DNA of 63,664 nucleotides, counting the filler, from Nitrospirota bacterium (lineage in GTDB: Bacteria; JACPQY01), in assembly GCA_016180645.1 (NCBI GenBank). It is 3 parts of 3 records of this genome, joined end to end, with 100 filler letters (N's around TTAATTAATTAA, not from the genome) between each part and the next. Parts side by side here need not be neighbours in the genome. Positions count along the whole stretch, not along the records: positions 1 to 29,649 come from JACPAV010000039.1; 2 more parts are not named here. One strand, given 5' to 3'. Under the pieces are notes generated by a model. That model saw nothing but the letters and a program-made list of their open reading frames with translations. It did not search any database and was not told the DNA's origin. Positions 20,219-29,749 of the stretch are shown piece after piece. Numbering within the stretch: position 1 is the first letter of the stretch; the number at the start of each line of letters is the position of its first letter. Made by a program: the position numbers and the translations under genes.

Positions 20219-21603
20219 TGCTGGGAGAAAGCCTCGTTCAATACGTCTATCTCCTTTCCGCGGCCCTCTTCGTCTTGTCGCTGAAGTGGATGGGCCAGGT
20301 AAAGACGTCGCGACGCGGCAACTGGGCCGGCACGATCGCCATGGTCCTCGCCATCATCGGAACGCTCGTCAGTTTCGACGTGAGAGGTTGGGGTTGGATT
20401 TCCCTGGCGCTCATCGTCGGAAGTCTCGTCGGGGCGCCCATGGCGATCTGGATGCCGATGACCGCCGTTCCCCAACGGACGGCGCTCTCCCATGCTTTCG
20501 GCGGTCTCGCCGCGGGGCTCGTCGGCGCGGCGGAGTACTACACCCAAGCCCCCAACATCGACACGTTCACCATGGGCGCCCTCGCCACCGAGATGCTCCT
20601 CGGTTTCCTCACCTTCACGGGGAGCCTCATGGCCTTCGGCAAACTCCAGGAGATCATCCCCACGCGACCCATCATCTATCCGTTCCGAAATGTGGTGAGC
20701 ATCGGAGTCCTGGCCGCCGCCGTTCTCATGGGGGTCTACCTCACGATCAACCCCGAGGCCTCCACTCTCCTCCCCCTGTTCATCGCCGCCGCCCTCGCGT
20801 TTGGAATTCTCCTCATCCTCCCCATCGGCGGAGCGGACATGCCCACCGTGATCGCCATTCTGAACTCCTATGCCGGCCTCTCCTCCTCGGCCATGGGTTT
20901 CGTGCTGAACAACAAGCTCCTGATCATCGCCGGTGCGCTCGACGGCTCCTCCGGCCTCATCCTCTCCATTCTCATGTGCAAGGCGATGAACCGCTCATTC
21001 ACCAATGTGCTGTTCGCCGGAGTGGGCACGGTACAAGCGGGCGCCGGCGCGGGCGCATCGCCAACCGGCAAGACGGTGCAGGGGTACACCGTTGAAGACG
21101 CGGCGACGATCTTCGATGGCGCGAAACTCGTTGTCGTGGCGCCGGGATATGGCATGGCCGTGGCCCAGGCCCAGCACGCGGTCAAGGAATTGTCGAACGT
21201 CCTCGCCGCGCGGGGCACGGACGTCAAGTTCGCCATCCACCCCGTGGCGGGCCGCATGCCCGGTCACATGAACGTACTTCTGGCCGAAGCCGACGTCCCG
21301 TATGATCAGCTTTGGGAAATGGAGAAAGTGAATCCCCTTTTCCCCGAAGCAGAAGTAGCCATCGTGGTCGGCGCCAACGACGTAACGAATCCCGCGGCCC
21401 GCACGAAGACCGATTCTCCTCTCTACGGCATGCCCATCCTGGACGTGGACAAAGCTCGCACGGTCATCTTCATTAAGCGCAGCATGAACCCCGGCTTCGC
21501 GGGGATCGACAACGAGCTCTTTTATCTCGACAAGACCATGATGGTCTTCGGCGACGCCAAGAAAGTCATCACCGAACTCGCCGCCGCCATCAAGGCGTCC
21601 TGA
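20218..21603 (+). CDS. pntB: NAD(P) transhydrogenase beta subunit
   Basis: IGGADMP, PGYGMAVAQAQ, HPVAGRMPGHMNVLLAEA. Confidence 0.97.
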   Translation: MLGESLVQYVYLLSAALFVLSLKWMGQVKTSRRGNWAGTIAMVLAIIGTLVSFDVRGWGWISLALIVGSLVGAPMAIWMPMTAVPQRTALSHAFGGLAAGLVGAAEYYTQAPNIDTFTMGALATEMLLGFLTFTGSLMAFGKLQEIIPTRPIIYPFRNVVSIGVLAAAVLMGVYLTINPEASTLLPLFIAAALAFGILLILPIGGADMPTVIAILNSYAGLSSSAMGFVLNNKLLIIAGALDGSSGLILSILMCKAMNRSFTNVLFAGVGTVQAGAGAGASPTGKTVQGYTVEDAATIFDGAKLVVVAPGYGMAVAQAQHAVKELSNVLAARGTDVKFAIHPVAGRMPGHMNVLLAEADVPYDQLWEMEKVNPLFPEAEVAIVVGANDVTNPAARTKTDSPLYGMPILDVDKARTVIFIKRSMNPGFAGIDNELFYLDKTMMVFGDAKKVITELAAAIKAS

Positions 21604-21620
21604 CTTCCCCCCGACTCAAC

Positions 21621-22556
21621 TCAGGCGAGGCTCCGAAGCCAATCCGCCTCAGCACGGAGGCCGTCGGCCAAGCGGACTCTCGGCTCATAGGCGAGATGTT
21701 GACGGGCCCGGGAAAGATCGGCCCAAGTGTGGCGGACGTCGCCTTTCTGGAGCGGTTCCTCTTTCATAATCACGGGCCGGCCGAGAACGGACCGAAGCGT
21801 GTCCAGCACGTCCAACATGGTCACCCGGCTCCCCCCCCCCACGTTGATAACTTCCCCCGCGGGAGCTTCCAATGCCGCATGGGTGGCGCCGACCGCATCC
21901 GACACGAACGTGAAATCGCGCGTCTGGCGACCATCGCCGTACAACGCAAATGTTTCCCCCTTGAGCGCGGATCGAATCAGCTTGTGAAACGCCATGTCCG
22001 GCCTCTGCCTCGGTCCGTAAACGGTGAAATATCGCAGTGCCACGCAGGGAACTCCGTAGGACTTCTGATACAGCATGCAGAGATGCTCCGCGGCGAGCTT
22101 GGTCACGCCGTAAGGTGAAATCGGACGGCACGCGAGGTCCTCGGTGAGGGGATAGATCCCGGGCTCTCCATACACTGAGGAGCTGGACGCGTATACAAAC
22201 CTGCGAAGGTTGCGCCCCTTTGCCGCTTCGAGCAACCGCTGCGTCACCGTGATGTTGTGCTTCGTGTAGTTCACAAACTGCGGACCCCAACTCGTACGGA
22301 CCGCAGCCTGGGCGGAAAGATGAAACACCGCGTCGACTCCGTCCAGAAGCGGCGTCAGATCGATTTCGCTGAGATCGGCTCGGACCAACGCAAAACCCTT
22401 GCGATGCAACAGGGGCGAGACATTCCTCTCCTTGAAGGATGGATCGTAGGACGGCGTGAAACAGTCGACCCCCACGACGTCGTAACCCTTCTCGAGTGCG
22501 AGTTCGACCAGATGGGAACCGACAAATCCGGCCGCTCCGGTAATCAATACCTTCAC
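21621..22556 (-). CDS. NAD-dependent nucleotide-sugar epimerase/dehydratase
   Basis: TGAAGFVG, ASSSSVYG, YGVTK, RYFTVYGPRQRPDM; GTG start at 22556. Confidence 0.93.
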   Translation of the reverse strand: MKVLITGAAGFVGSHLVELALEKGYDVVGVDCFTPSYDPSFKERNVSPLLHRKGFALVRADLSEIDLTPLLDGVDAVFHLSAQAAVRTSWGPQFVNYTKHNITVTQRLLEAAKGRNLRRFVYASSSSVYGEPGIYPLTEDLACRPISPYGVTKLAAEHLCMLYQKSYGVPCVALRYFTVYGPRQRPDMAFHKLIRSALKGETFALYGDGRQTRDFTFVSDAVGATHAALEAPAGEVINVGGGSRVTMLDVLDTLRSVLGRPVIMKEEPLQKGDVRHTWADLSRARQHLAYEPRVRLADGLRAEADWLRSLA

Positions 22557-22560
22557 GGCC

Positions 22561-23601
22561 TTACCGCACCCCCAGGGATTCCGCCTGGCCGGGATTGTGA
22601 CGCTGAAACTTCCACACGTTCCGGCTGTGGTTCTTGAAGTCATCCGAGAAGATGTGCGTCCCGTCGTTCTTGGACACGAAGTACAGGTAATTTGCGTGCG
22701 CGGGGTAGAGGGCGGCGATAAGCGACTCCCGGCCGGGGCTGGCGATGGGGCCGGGCGGAAGTCCGGACCGAGTATAGGTATTGTACGGGCCATCCGATTC
22801 CAAGTGGGCTCTCGTCAGATTTCCATTGAAGCCGGGGAAAAGGCCGTAGATCACCGTCGGATCGCTCTGGAGGCGCATCCCGAATTTCATCCGATTGTGA
22901 AAGACCGCCGACACCAGCGGCCGCTCTTCCGCCACGGCCGACTCTTTTTCAACGATCGAAGCCAGGGTGACGACCTGCGCTTCCGACATGCCGAGCGCTC
23001 TGGCCTTGGCCACCATGCCCTCATCAAAGACCTTCCGAAACTGCTCCACCATCATCTTGACCACGTCCCGGGCCGTAAGCGACGAACTGAACACGTATGT
23101 TTCCGGATACAGAAATCCCTCCGCACTCTCGGCGTGGACGTCCAGATCGAGCAGGACCTGGGGGTCCCGAATCGCGGCAAGAAAGTCTGCGGCCGGAACC
23201 ACCTGGCCGTCCTCCAAAAGTTTGGCGATCTGGTACGAATTGTATCCCTCCGGCACCGTGACTCTGAAGCGGACGACCTTGCCCTGACTCAGGGTCCGCA
23301 GGATATCCAACGGCGTCATTTTTCCCGTAAGCACGTATGCCCCGGCCTGAACCTTCCGCCCGAGATCCAAGTAGTGCGCCAAGCGGACGATCCGGCGCGG
23401 CTGGGGTACAAATCCCTCCTCGGAAAGGCGTTCCGCCACTCGCTCGAACGGCTCACCCCACTTGACTCGAAACATTTTCTCCTGGAGCGTCTCATTCGCC
23501 GGAAAGAACAGGAACGGCACCCACTGCGCGGCCAGAAACCCGAATCCGAACAGGACGGCCAGCACGCCGAGGAAGATCCCTACTTTGAGGAGGCGCCTCA
23601 C
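22561..23601 (-). CDS. mltG: Endolytic transglycosylase
   Basis: TVPEG, EGFLYPETY, LASIVEKE, LQSDPT, YNTY..GLPPGPI, YLYFV. Confidence 0.95.
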   Translation of the reverse strand: MRRLLKVGIFLGVLAVLFGFGFLAAQWVPFLFFPANETLQEKMFRVKWGEPFERVAERLSEEGFVPQPRRIVRLAHYLDLGRKVQAGAYVLTGKMTPLDILRTLSQGKVVRFRVTVPEGYNSYQIAKLLEDGQVVPAADFLAAIRDPQVLLDLDVHAESAEGFLYPETYVFSSSLTARDVVKMMVEQFRKVFDEGMVAKARALGMSEAQVVTLASIVEKESAVAEERPLVSAVFHNRMKFGMRLQSDPTVIYGLFPGFNGNLTRAHLESDGPYNTYTRSGLPPGPIASPGRESLIAALYPAHANYLYFVSKNDGTHIFSDDFKNHSRNVWKFQRHNPGQAESLGVR

Positions 23602-24023
23602 AGACCGCCTCCGCTCTTCCGGACCGCATCCAGATAATCCTGCAAAATGTATGCAGCAGCGATTCGATCCTTTTCGCCTTTCTTCCGATCCCTCCGCCCC
23701 AGACGTCTGCGACCTTCCTCCGCTCTGCGCGTGGAAAGCGACTCGTCCCACAGACGCACAGGCATACCCACCGCCGGACGCAGCTTCTCCACGAATCGAA
23801 GCGTCTTCAGGGCCTGCGGCCCCGTCGACCCATCCATGGAATACGGAATCCCCACCACCACCACCCCTACCCGGAGTTCATTGACCGTCCTCGCAATCCG
23901 ATCGACGGCATCTGCGTCGCGCTCGCGGTGGATCGTCACCAGCGGGGAGGCCACGGTCCCCAGTTCGTCCGAAACGGCGAGACCGATTCTCTTGTCACCG
24001 ACGTCAATACCCAGCACCTTCAA
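23598..24023 (-). CDS. ruvX: Holliday junction resolvase-like / pre-16S rRNA nuclease
   Basis: LGIDVGDKRIGLAVSD, WDESLST, DRIAAAYILQ. Confidence 0.95.
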   Translation of the reverse strand: MKVLGIDVGDKRIGLAVSDELGTVASPLVTIHRERDADAVDRIARTVNELRVGVVVVGIPYSMDGSTGPQALKTLRFVEKLRPAVGMPVRLWDESLSTRRAEEGRRRLGRRDRKKGEKDRIAAAYILQDYLDAVRKSGGGL

Positions 24024-24033
24024 GCCAATTCTT

Positions 24034-24477
24034 CTATTTGGGTGCGTCCACCCGCACGCGGTCCGGTTTACCCAGGTCGAACTCCGGCGTGTACACGATG
24101 ACGGCCGCGAATCGCCCGTCGAACGTCCCCCCGTGCGGGGTCCCTTTCGGGATGTGTAGGATCGATTGCGGACCGATCTTCTTCTGCTCGTTTCCGATGG
24201 TGAATGTGCCTGTCCCCTCGACCACCATCACCACTTCATCGTGAGTGGCGTGGACGTGCAAGGGAACCTGCTTGTCACCTTGGATCATCATCAGGCTGGA
24301 ATTCATTGGGTTGATGAGGGGCGTCCACTTGGCCGCCTCCCCTTCCTTCAGCGGGTTTTTCTCCATCACTTCCCGAACGGTCCAGAAATGGGTCCCCTCT
24401 TCGGCCCGGGCATTCCCCATGAGCGAAAGGCAGGCCACGGCGATCGCCATTCCTCGCATGATCGGCTTCACATTCAC
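24034..24477 (-). CDS. Exported cupin domain protein
   Basis: Signal peptide; HVHATHDE and IPKGTPH cupin motifs. Confidence 0.85.
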   Translation of the reverse strand: MNVKPIMRGMAIAVACLSLMGNARAEEGTHFWTVREVMEKNPLKEGEAAKWTPLINPMNSSLMMIQGDKQVPLHVHATHDEVVMVVEGTGTFTIGNEQKKIGPQSILHIPKGTPHGGTFDGRFAAVIVYTPEFDLGKPDRVRVDAPK

Positions 24478-24490
24478 GTCTTCCCCCTTT

Positions 24491-25090
24491 TCACAGGTGC
24501 ACCCGATCCCGGAGGGCTTGCCCGAGTGTTTCGTGATCGGTGTATTCAATGTCCGCCCCGATGGACAATCCCACCGGAAGCTTGGAAATCTTCACGCCTT
24601 TCTTCTTGAGGGCATCCGCCAGATAAAGCATCGTCGCATCGCCCTCAAGCGTCGGATTGATGGCCAGCACGATCTCGCGGATGCCGCCGGACTCCACGCG
24701 CCGGATCAATTGCGCCACCCGGAGCCGCTCCGGGCCGATGTCCTCCATCGGCGAAAGCGTTCCGTGGAGAACGTGGAACACGCCCTGGAACACCGCGCTC
24801 CTTTCCAGCGGACGGATATGGGAGGAATCCGACACCACGCAGACCACGGCGTGATCCCTCCGGGGATTGGCGCAGATCTCGCACGGCGACCGAAAAGTTA
24901 CGTCGCAGCAGAGCTCGCACTCCTTCATCTGCTGCTTGAGATTCCGGAGACTCTCGCTCAGCCCGAACACATCCTCCTGGGGTGCCTTCAGGAAGTAGTA
25001 CGCCATCCGGGTGGCCGATTTTTCTCCAAAACCCGGGATCCGCCTGAGGCGGTTGATCAGATCTTTGAGGGGATCCTCGGAATCCTGCAT
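24491..25090 (-). CDS. recR: Recombination mediator RecR
   Basis: PGFGEKSA, C4 zinc finger, HVLHGTLSP, PTLEGDAT. Confidence 0.96.
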   Translation of the reverse strand: MQDSEDPLKDLINRLRRIPGFGEKSATRMAYYFLKAPQEDVFGLSESLRNLKQQMKECELCCDVTFRSPCEICANPRRDHAVVCVVSDSSHIRPLERSAVFQGVFHVLHGTLSPMEDIGPERLRVAQLIRRVESGGIREIVLAINPTLEGDATMLYLADALKKKGVKISKLPVGLSIGADIEYTDHETLGQALRDRVHL

Positions 25091-25099
25091 GGAGGACGT

Positions 25100-25444
25100 T
25101 CAGGCGCCGGGGAATCTTGCGCCCAGGGCCATCCCACCGGCCACCTTGGCCAATTCCTCCGCAGCCATCTGCTGGGACCGTCGGAGGGCCTCGTTGACGC
25201 CCGAGGTGATGAGATCCTGGATGAACGCCACGTCCCCGCCGCGCAGAATTTCCGGCTCGATCCGGATGGAAACAATTTCCATCCGACCGTTGGCCTTCAC
25301 CTCAACCATCCCCCCACCGGATTGGGCCACCACCTCCCGATGAGCAAGCTCCTCCTGGGCTTCCTTGATTTTCCGTTGCAGATTTTGTGCCTGCTGAATC
25401 CAATCCGTGGGCTGTCCGCCTTCGCGTTCCTCCATGAACGGCAT
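25100..25444 (-). CDS. ybaB: Nucleoid-associated protein YbaB/EbfC
   Basis: SGGGMVEVKANG and QDLI...VNEAL; lies between dnaX and recR. Confidence 0.94.
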   Translation of the reverse strand: MPFMEEREGGQPTDWIQQAQNLQRKIKEAQEELAHREVVAQSGGGMVEVKANGRMEIVSIRIEPEILRGGDVAFIQDLITSGVNEALRRSQQMAAEELAKVAGGMALGARFPGA

Positions 25445-25450
25445 CGTAGC

Positions 25451-27058
25451 TTATTTCACAGCGGGCTGAAAGATCTTCACGAACTCCTTGTACATGGGAT
25501 GACCGTCGATCTCGTCGTTCGTCTTAGGCCCCTCGGACGCCGCCGATGGAGGTCGAGGGGCGCCCACTACAATATCGAGATCCTCACGGTAGAATTCCGC
25601 CGCCCAGGCGCGAAGGTCCTTCTTCTTGTCCTCGAGGACCGAGGCCGAGAAAGCGTCCCCGGAGGGGGGGCAGACCACGATCCGACCCTGTTCCAGGACC
25701 ACGTCCGACTGCTTGACCACCGCGCCGAGCATTCGATTCTTCGCCAGGACAAACTCGGTGAAAGACGAGGCTGTGGGCGCCGTAGCGGCCACCTGCGATT
25801 TCGGAGCGGTGACGGTACCGCGCGAAACCGGCTCCGCTCGGCTTGGCCCCAAGGGTCCGGATTCAGTCCTTCCACCGGCTGACGCCGCTTCGAGCCGTCC
25901 GAAAATCTGGCCGAGGTCCATCAGCCGCGGCAGCAGCGTGATCTTGGACAGAGCGGTAGTAGCCACCACGTAGGGATCGCTGGATGTCGCCATCTGGGCA
26001 CACATCTGGGCCAGGATTTCACCGATCTGGACAAGATCGGCCTGCGAAGACGACGCCGCCCGACGGGCAAGGCCCTCCATTTCCTCCTCCGATTTCTGGA
26101 GAATTCTTCCGGCGGCATCCTTCGCGGTAGCACAAACCAATAACGCATGAGCTTCTTCCAACAATCCCTTGGCCACCACCATGAGATCAAACCCTTCCGA
26201 GTACAACTGATGATACACGGTCATGACCACCGGCGCGTCCCGCGTTACGAGGGCATCGAGGAGCGCCTCAATCTTCTCTCGCGGCGGAAGGCCGAGAAAA
26301 TGGGACACGCTGTCGCGCGTGATACGGCCCGAGGCCGGGCCCTTTCCGACCGATTTTCCGTCCGCCTCACCCGCTGCAAAGTTGGCGATCTGGTCCAAGA
26401 GCACCTCCGCATCGCGGAGGCTGCCCTCCGCAAAACGCGCCAGGGCGACGAGGGCATCCGGGTCGGCTTCGAGCTTCTCCGACTCCGTTATCTTACGAAG
26501 TTTCGCCGCGATCAGTTCCGAGGAAATTCTCCAGAAATCAAAACGCTGGCAACGGCCCACGATCGTGGCCGGAATCTTCTGCGGGTCGGTGGTGGCAAAT
26601 ACGAATTTCACATGCGATGGCGGCTCCTCCAGCGTCTTGAGGAGCGCGTTGAATGCGCTCACCGAGAGCATGTGCACTTCATCCACGATGTAAACCTTGA
26701 AGCGGGCCGACGCGGGGGCATATTGCACGGCCTCGATGATTCGCCGAACGTCGTCCACGCTGGTGTGAGATGCTCCATCGATTTCCAGCACATCCACGCA
26801 GGCACCCGTGGGAATCGCCTGACACGTTGAACACCGGCCGCAGGGCTCCGCCGTCGGACCTTTTTCGCAATTCAAGGCTTTCGCCAGGAGCCGGGCCAGA
26901 GTCGTTTTTCCCACTCCCCGAGGCCCGCAAAAGAGAAAGGCGTGGGGAATCCTTCCCGTCCGGATGGCGCCCGAAATCGCCCGAACAACGTGATCCTGGC
27001 CGACGACATCCTCGAGGCGGGACGGGCGCCATTTGCGCGCCAGAACGTGATAGCTCAT
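25451..27058 (-). CDS. dnaX: DNA polymerase III subunit gamma/tau
   Basis: MSYHVLARKWRP, GPRGVGKT, DEVHMLS..AFNALLKTLEEPP. Confidence 0.97.
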   Translation of the reverse strand: MSYHVLARKWRPSRLEDVVGQDHVVRAISGAIRTGRIPHAFLFCGPRGVGKTTLARLLAKALNCEKGPTAEPCGRCSTCQAIPTGACVDVLEIDGASHTSVDDVRRIIEAVQYAPASARFKVYIVDEVHMLSVSAFNALLKTLEEPPSHVKFVFATTDPQKIPATIVGRCQRFDFWRISSELIAAKLRKITESEKLEADPDALVALARFAEGSLRDAEVLLDQIANFAAGEADGKSVGKGPASGRITRDSVSHFLGLPPREKIEALLDALVTRDAPVVMTVYHQLYSEGFDLMVVAKGLLEEAHALLVCATAKDAAGRILQKSEEEMEGLARRAASSSQADLVQIGEILAQMCAQMATSSDPYVVATTALSKITLLPRLMDLGQIFGRLEAASAGGRTESGPLGPSRAEPVSRGTVTAPKSQVAATAPTASSFTEFVLAKNRMLGAVVKQSDVVLEQGRIVVCPPSGDAFSASVLEDKKKDLRAWAAEFYREDLDIVVGAPRPPSAASEGPKTNDEIDGHPMYKEFVKIFQPAVK

Positions 27059-27077
27059 GCGGAAGAACGGATCCTCA

Positions 27078-27341
27078 CTACGATTTCCTGCGCTGGGAAA
27101 TGAACTCGCGCCGCGCAGCATCGATGTCGCGATCCAGAGGCGACGACTCTTTTCCCGTCCTATCGATTTCCTGAACGAAGGAAATCAGCTTGGACACGTC
27201 CTCCCGCTTGGAATCCTCCCATCGGAGGGAGCGCAGCGTCTCGACAATCTCGAACAGTTTGTCGGGATTCGCCCGGATCACTCCCGCCAGGATCGCCTTG
27301 TTCTTCTCGAACGGAAGCATCTGCTTGACCCCCAGCTTCAT
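27078..27341 (-). CDS. Small hypothetical protein
   Basis: 87-aa ORF co-oriented with dnaX and ending 20 nt upstream of it; normal composition. Confidence 0.55.
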   Translation of the reverse strand: MKLGVKQMLPFEKNKAILAGVIRANPDKLFEIVETLRSLRWEDSKREDVSKLISFVQEIDRTGKESSPLDRDIDAARREFISQRRKS

Positions 27342-27448
27342 ACGTGACTATTAACGGACTTTTCGCCGATGGGCAAGCCCCGCGCCTTCCGACCCAATGC
27401 GCTGGAGCTAGAGGGGACCGGGATCCTGTGGTAATGTGAACCGCCAAA

Positions 27449-28267
27449 GTGAAACCCCGCTTGTCACGCTCGATCACGGTTGGCCTTTTGACCGCTTTGG
27501 CCATGGGAGCCTGCTCGAAGCCAGGCAAAGCACTATTGCCGGGTGCCATCCCCCGACCCCCCGTAACACTCGAAGGATACAAGGACCTCCGCTGGGGCAT
27601 GAATCCGAACGAGGTCCTCGCACACACGGGGATCGATGAATTCCATCCCATCGAGATCTCCGATGACCGGGTGGAGCGTTGGGCGGCCCCGTTCACGACC
27701 GAACCGGCCTGCGGCCCGTTCTGCGGCCTCGCCCTCCACCAGGTGTTCTCCATCTGGTACGGCGCACCGACGGCCAGCGTGGACCGGGAGAAATCCATCG
27801 TCCGCTCGGAACTGTCTTCGCCGCTTTGCGCGGATTGCGTGGTGAAGAAGGTCGGGCCGTATGACGAATACGTCACTCTCGAAAAAGACGGATTGGTGGC
27901 CTACTGGTTCCCGCTTTCCATCACCGATTGGTCCCGCGCCCGAACGCTTGTGGAAGAACGCTACGGACCGGCATCCAGTTCGCTCCCGAAAACCACCTTG
28001 ACCGTTGCAGCCCCCGGAGAACCTGAACTTGCTCCCTTCAGCTACGATGGAAGCGTGTGGTTCGGTCCCTCGACAACAATCTATCTCGTGACCGAACAGT
28101 ATTCGTCGGAAGCCACGGTCTACAAGTTGGGCTACATGTTCTACCTGAGCAGTCTTTTCGATCTGCAGAACGCGCAGCGAATCAAGGCCCTGGTGGCTCA
28201 CCGCGAGAAGGAAAAGCAGAAGGCCGCCACCCGGGACGAGGATTTCGTCAAGGCCGTCGTCGAGTAG
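27449..28267 (+). CDS. Hypothetical lipoprotein
   Basis: Lipobox AMGAC; GYKDLRWGM motif. Confidence 0.7.
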   Translation: MKPRLSRSITVGLLTALAMGACSKPGKALLPGAIPRPPVTLEGYKDLRWGMNPNEVLAHTGIDEFHPIEISDDRVERWAAPFTTEPACGPFCGLALHQVFSIWYGAPTASVDREKSIVRSELSSPLCADCVVKKVGPYDEYVTLEKDGLVAYWFPLSITDWSRARTLVEERYGPASSSLPKTTLTVAAPGEPELAPFSYDGSVWFGPSTTIYLVTEQYSSEATVYKLGYMFYLSSLFDLQNAQRIKALVAHREKEKQKAATRDEDFVKAVVE

Positions 28268-28276
28268 TTCCCCCTT

Positions 28277-28645
28277 ATGAAGGCGCTCCTCCTCGTCATT
28301 CACGGCACCCGCGATCCGGGGGGTCTGAGCGAGATCCGATCGTTCGTGCGCGGGGTCCGGCGGAAACTGAAAAAGATCCGCGTGGAATTCGCCTTTCTGG
28401 CGCCCGGCCCCAATTCGCTGCCCACGATGGCGCAGCGGCTTCGGGAACGGGGGAGCAAAGAAATAGATGTGATCCCATTCCTCCTCTTCTCCGGCGCCCA
28501 CGTGAGGCGAGACATCCCCCGAATGCTTTCGGAGATCCGTCTCAAGAATCCCGATCTCACAATCAGGCTCGGTCGCCACATTGGACCGTCCGTGGAAGCC
28601 GTGCGGATCGCACTCACCCGATGGCGGGAGATGTCTCGGCGATGA
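28277..28645 (+). CDS. Short CbiX/SirB-type sirohydrochlorin chelatase
   Basis: LLVIHGTRD, AFL, IPFLLFSGAHVRRDIP, HIG; single domain of 122 aa. Confidence 0.85.
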   Translation: MKALLLVIHGTRDPGGLSEIRSFVRGVRRKLKKIRVEFAFLAPGPNSLPTMAQRLRERGSKEIDVIPFLLFSGAHVRRDIPRMLSEIRLKNPDLTIRLGRHIGPSVEAVRIALTRWREMSRR

Positions 28646-28711
28646 GAACTTCAGATCTCCCCTGACGACATTCGACATCCTCGACTCGGTGTGACATATC
28701 TATCCCCCCAG

Positions 28712-29497
28712 ATGGCGGCCAAGCGGAACACCACCCATCATCTGCAGATCGAGCAGGTCGCGTCTGGGGTTCGTCTGATTCGACTCCATCGCCCCGATTG
28801 CCGCAATGCCCTGAGTCTCCACACCATGCTCGAACTCCAGGCCGCCCTGAAGGCCGGATCGCGCGATCATCAGAAGGTGTGCATCCTTACCGGAACCCCA
28901 CCGGCATTCAGTGCGGGTGGCGACTTGAACTGGCTTCTGGCCGAAGTGAAGTCTAAGGGATCTCGCGGCGCCGCAGAGGCGGTTTACCGAGGATTTCAAG
29001 GTGTGACGCGCCTGATTTGTGACCTCCCGATGGTCATGATCTCGGCCGTGAACGGCGCGGCCGCCGGAGCCGGGATGGACATGGCGCTGGCCTGCGATCT
29101 CTGTTTCGCATGCCCCTCCGCTCGCTTCGTCCAGTCCTGGATCAAGCTGGGGCTGGTCCCGGCGACCGGTGGCGCCTTCTTCGTCCAGCGACGGGCGGGG
29201 TGGAAGGGTCTGAAGCTGGCCTACACGGGCGAAATGATCACGGGAACGGATGCCGACCGCCTCGGTCTCGTGGATGGGCTGTTCGAGGACGCCCAGCTTC
29301 TAGACGAGACTCGGCGAATCGCTCTTGCCATCGCCGAAGGAGACGGCTCCACCCTCCGCGACATCAAGCGGCTGATTCGCCGCCAAGAGAAGGCGACCCT
29401 CGAATCCTACCTGAAGGAAGCGGCAAGGATGCAAGTCCACCACCTGGATTCCGATTTCTTCCGCAACGCCGCCGCGCATTTTATCGGCCGAAAATAG
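28712..29497 (+). CDS. Enoyl-CoA hydratase/isomerase family protein
   Basis: AFSAGGDL, AVNGAAAGAG, LALACD-like block, KLGLVP. Confidence 0.9.
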   Translation: MAAKRNTTHHLQIEQVASGVRLIRLHRPDCRNALSLHTMLELQAALKAGSRDHQKVCILTGTPPAFSAGGDLNWLLAEVKSKGSRGAAEAVYRGFQGVTRLICDLPMVMISAVNGAAAGAGMDMALACDLCFACPSARFVQSWIKLGLVPATGGAFFVQRRAGWKGLKLAYTGEMITGTDADRLGLVDGLFEDAQLLDETRRIALAIAEGDGSTLRDIKRLIRRQEKATLESYLKEAARMQVHHLDSDFFRNAAAHFIGRK

Positions 29498-29534
29498 CCG
29501 GGGGGGGTCCAGGTCTGGGGTCAGACATCGCTAT

Positions 29535-29649
29535 CTATGCTTTCTCAAGTTTCTCGATCTCCCGATGCTCCATCTTCCCCTCCGATAGCCCAGCCTCAAA
29601 CCGATAGAGCATGCTGCTGATCGTCGCCTGATCGCGGTGAAGCCACGCC
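29535..29649 (-). CDS. 3' end of an ORF truncated by the gap, possibly the HTH tail of a REP-associated (Y1) transposase
   Basis: Reads AWLHRDQATISSMLYRFEAGLSEGKMEHREIEKLEKA*, followed by GATGTCTGACCCC; REP array lies across the gap. Confidence 0.4.
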
Positions 29650-29749
29650 NNNNNNNNNNNNNNNNNNNNNNNNNNNNNNNNNNNNNNNNNNNNTTAATTA
29701 ATTAANNNNNNNNNNNNNNNNNNNNNNNNNNNNNNNNNNNNNNNNNNNN
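29650..29749. other. Assembly gap with artificial all-frame stop linker
   Basis: N-run containing TTAATTAATTAA. Confidence 0.98.

Noticed and set aside
27342-27448. SRP RNA upstream of dnaX
   Set aside because: The conserved SRP helix 8 motif (CAGG..GGAA..AGCAG) was not found.
29694-29705. TTAATTAATTAA palindrome (also at 36442-36453)
   Set aside because: Artificial scaffold linker inside N-runs; ORFs running into it are artefacts.
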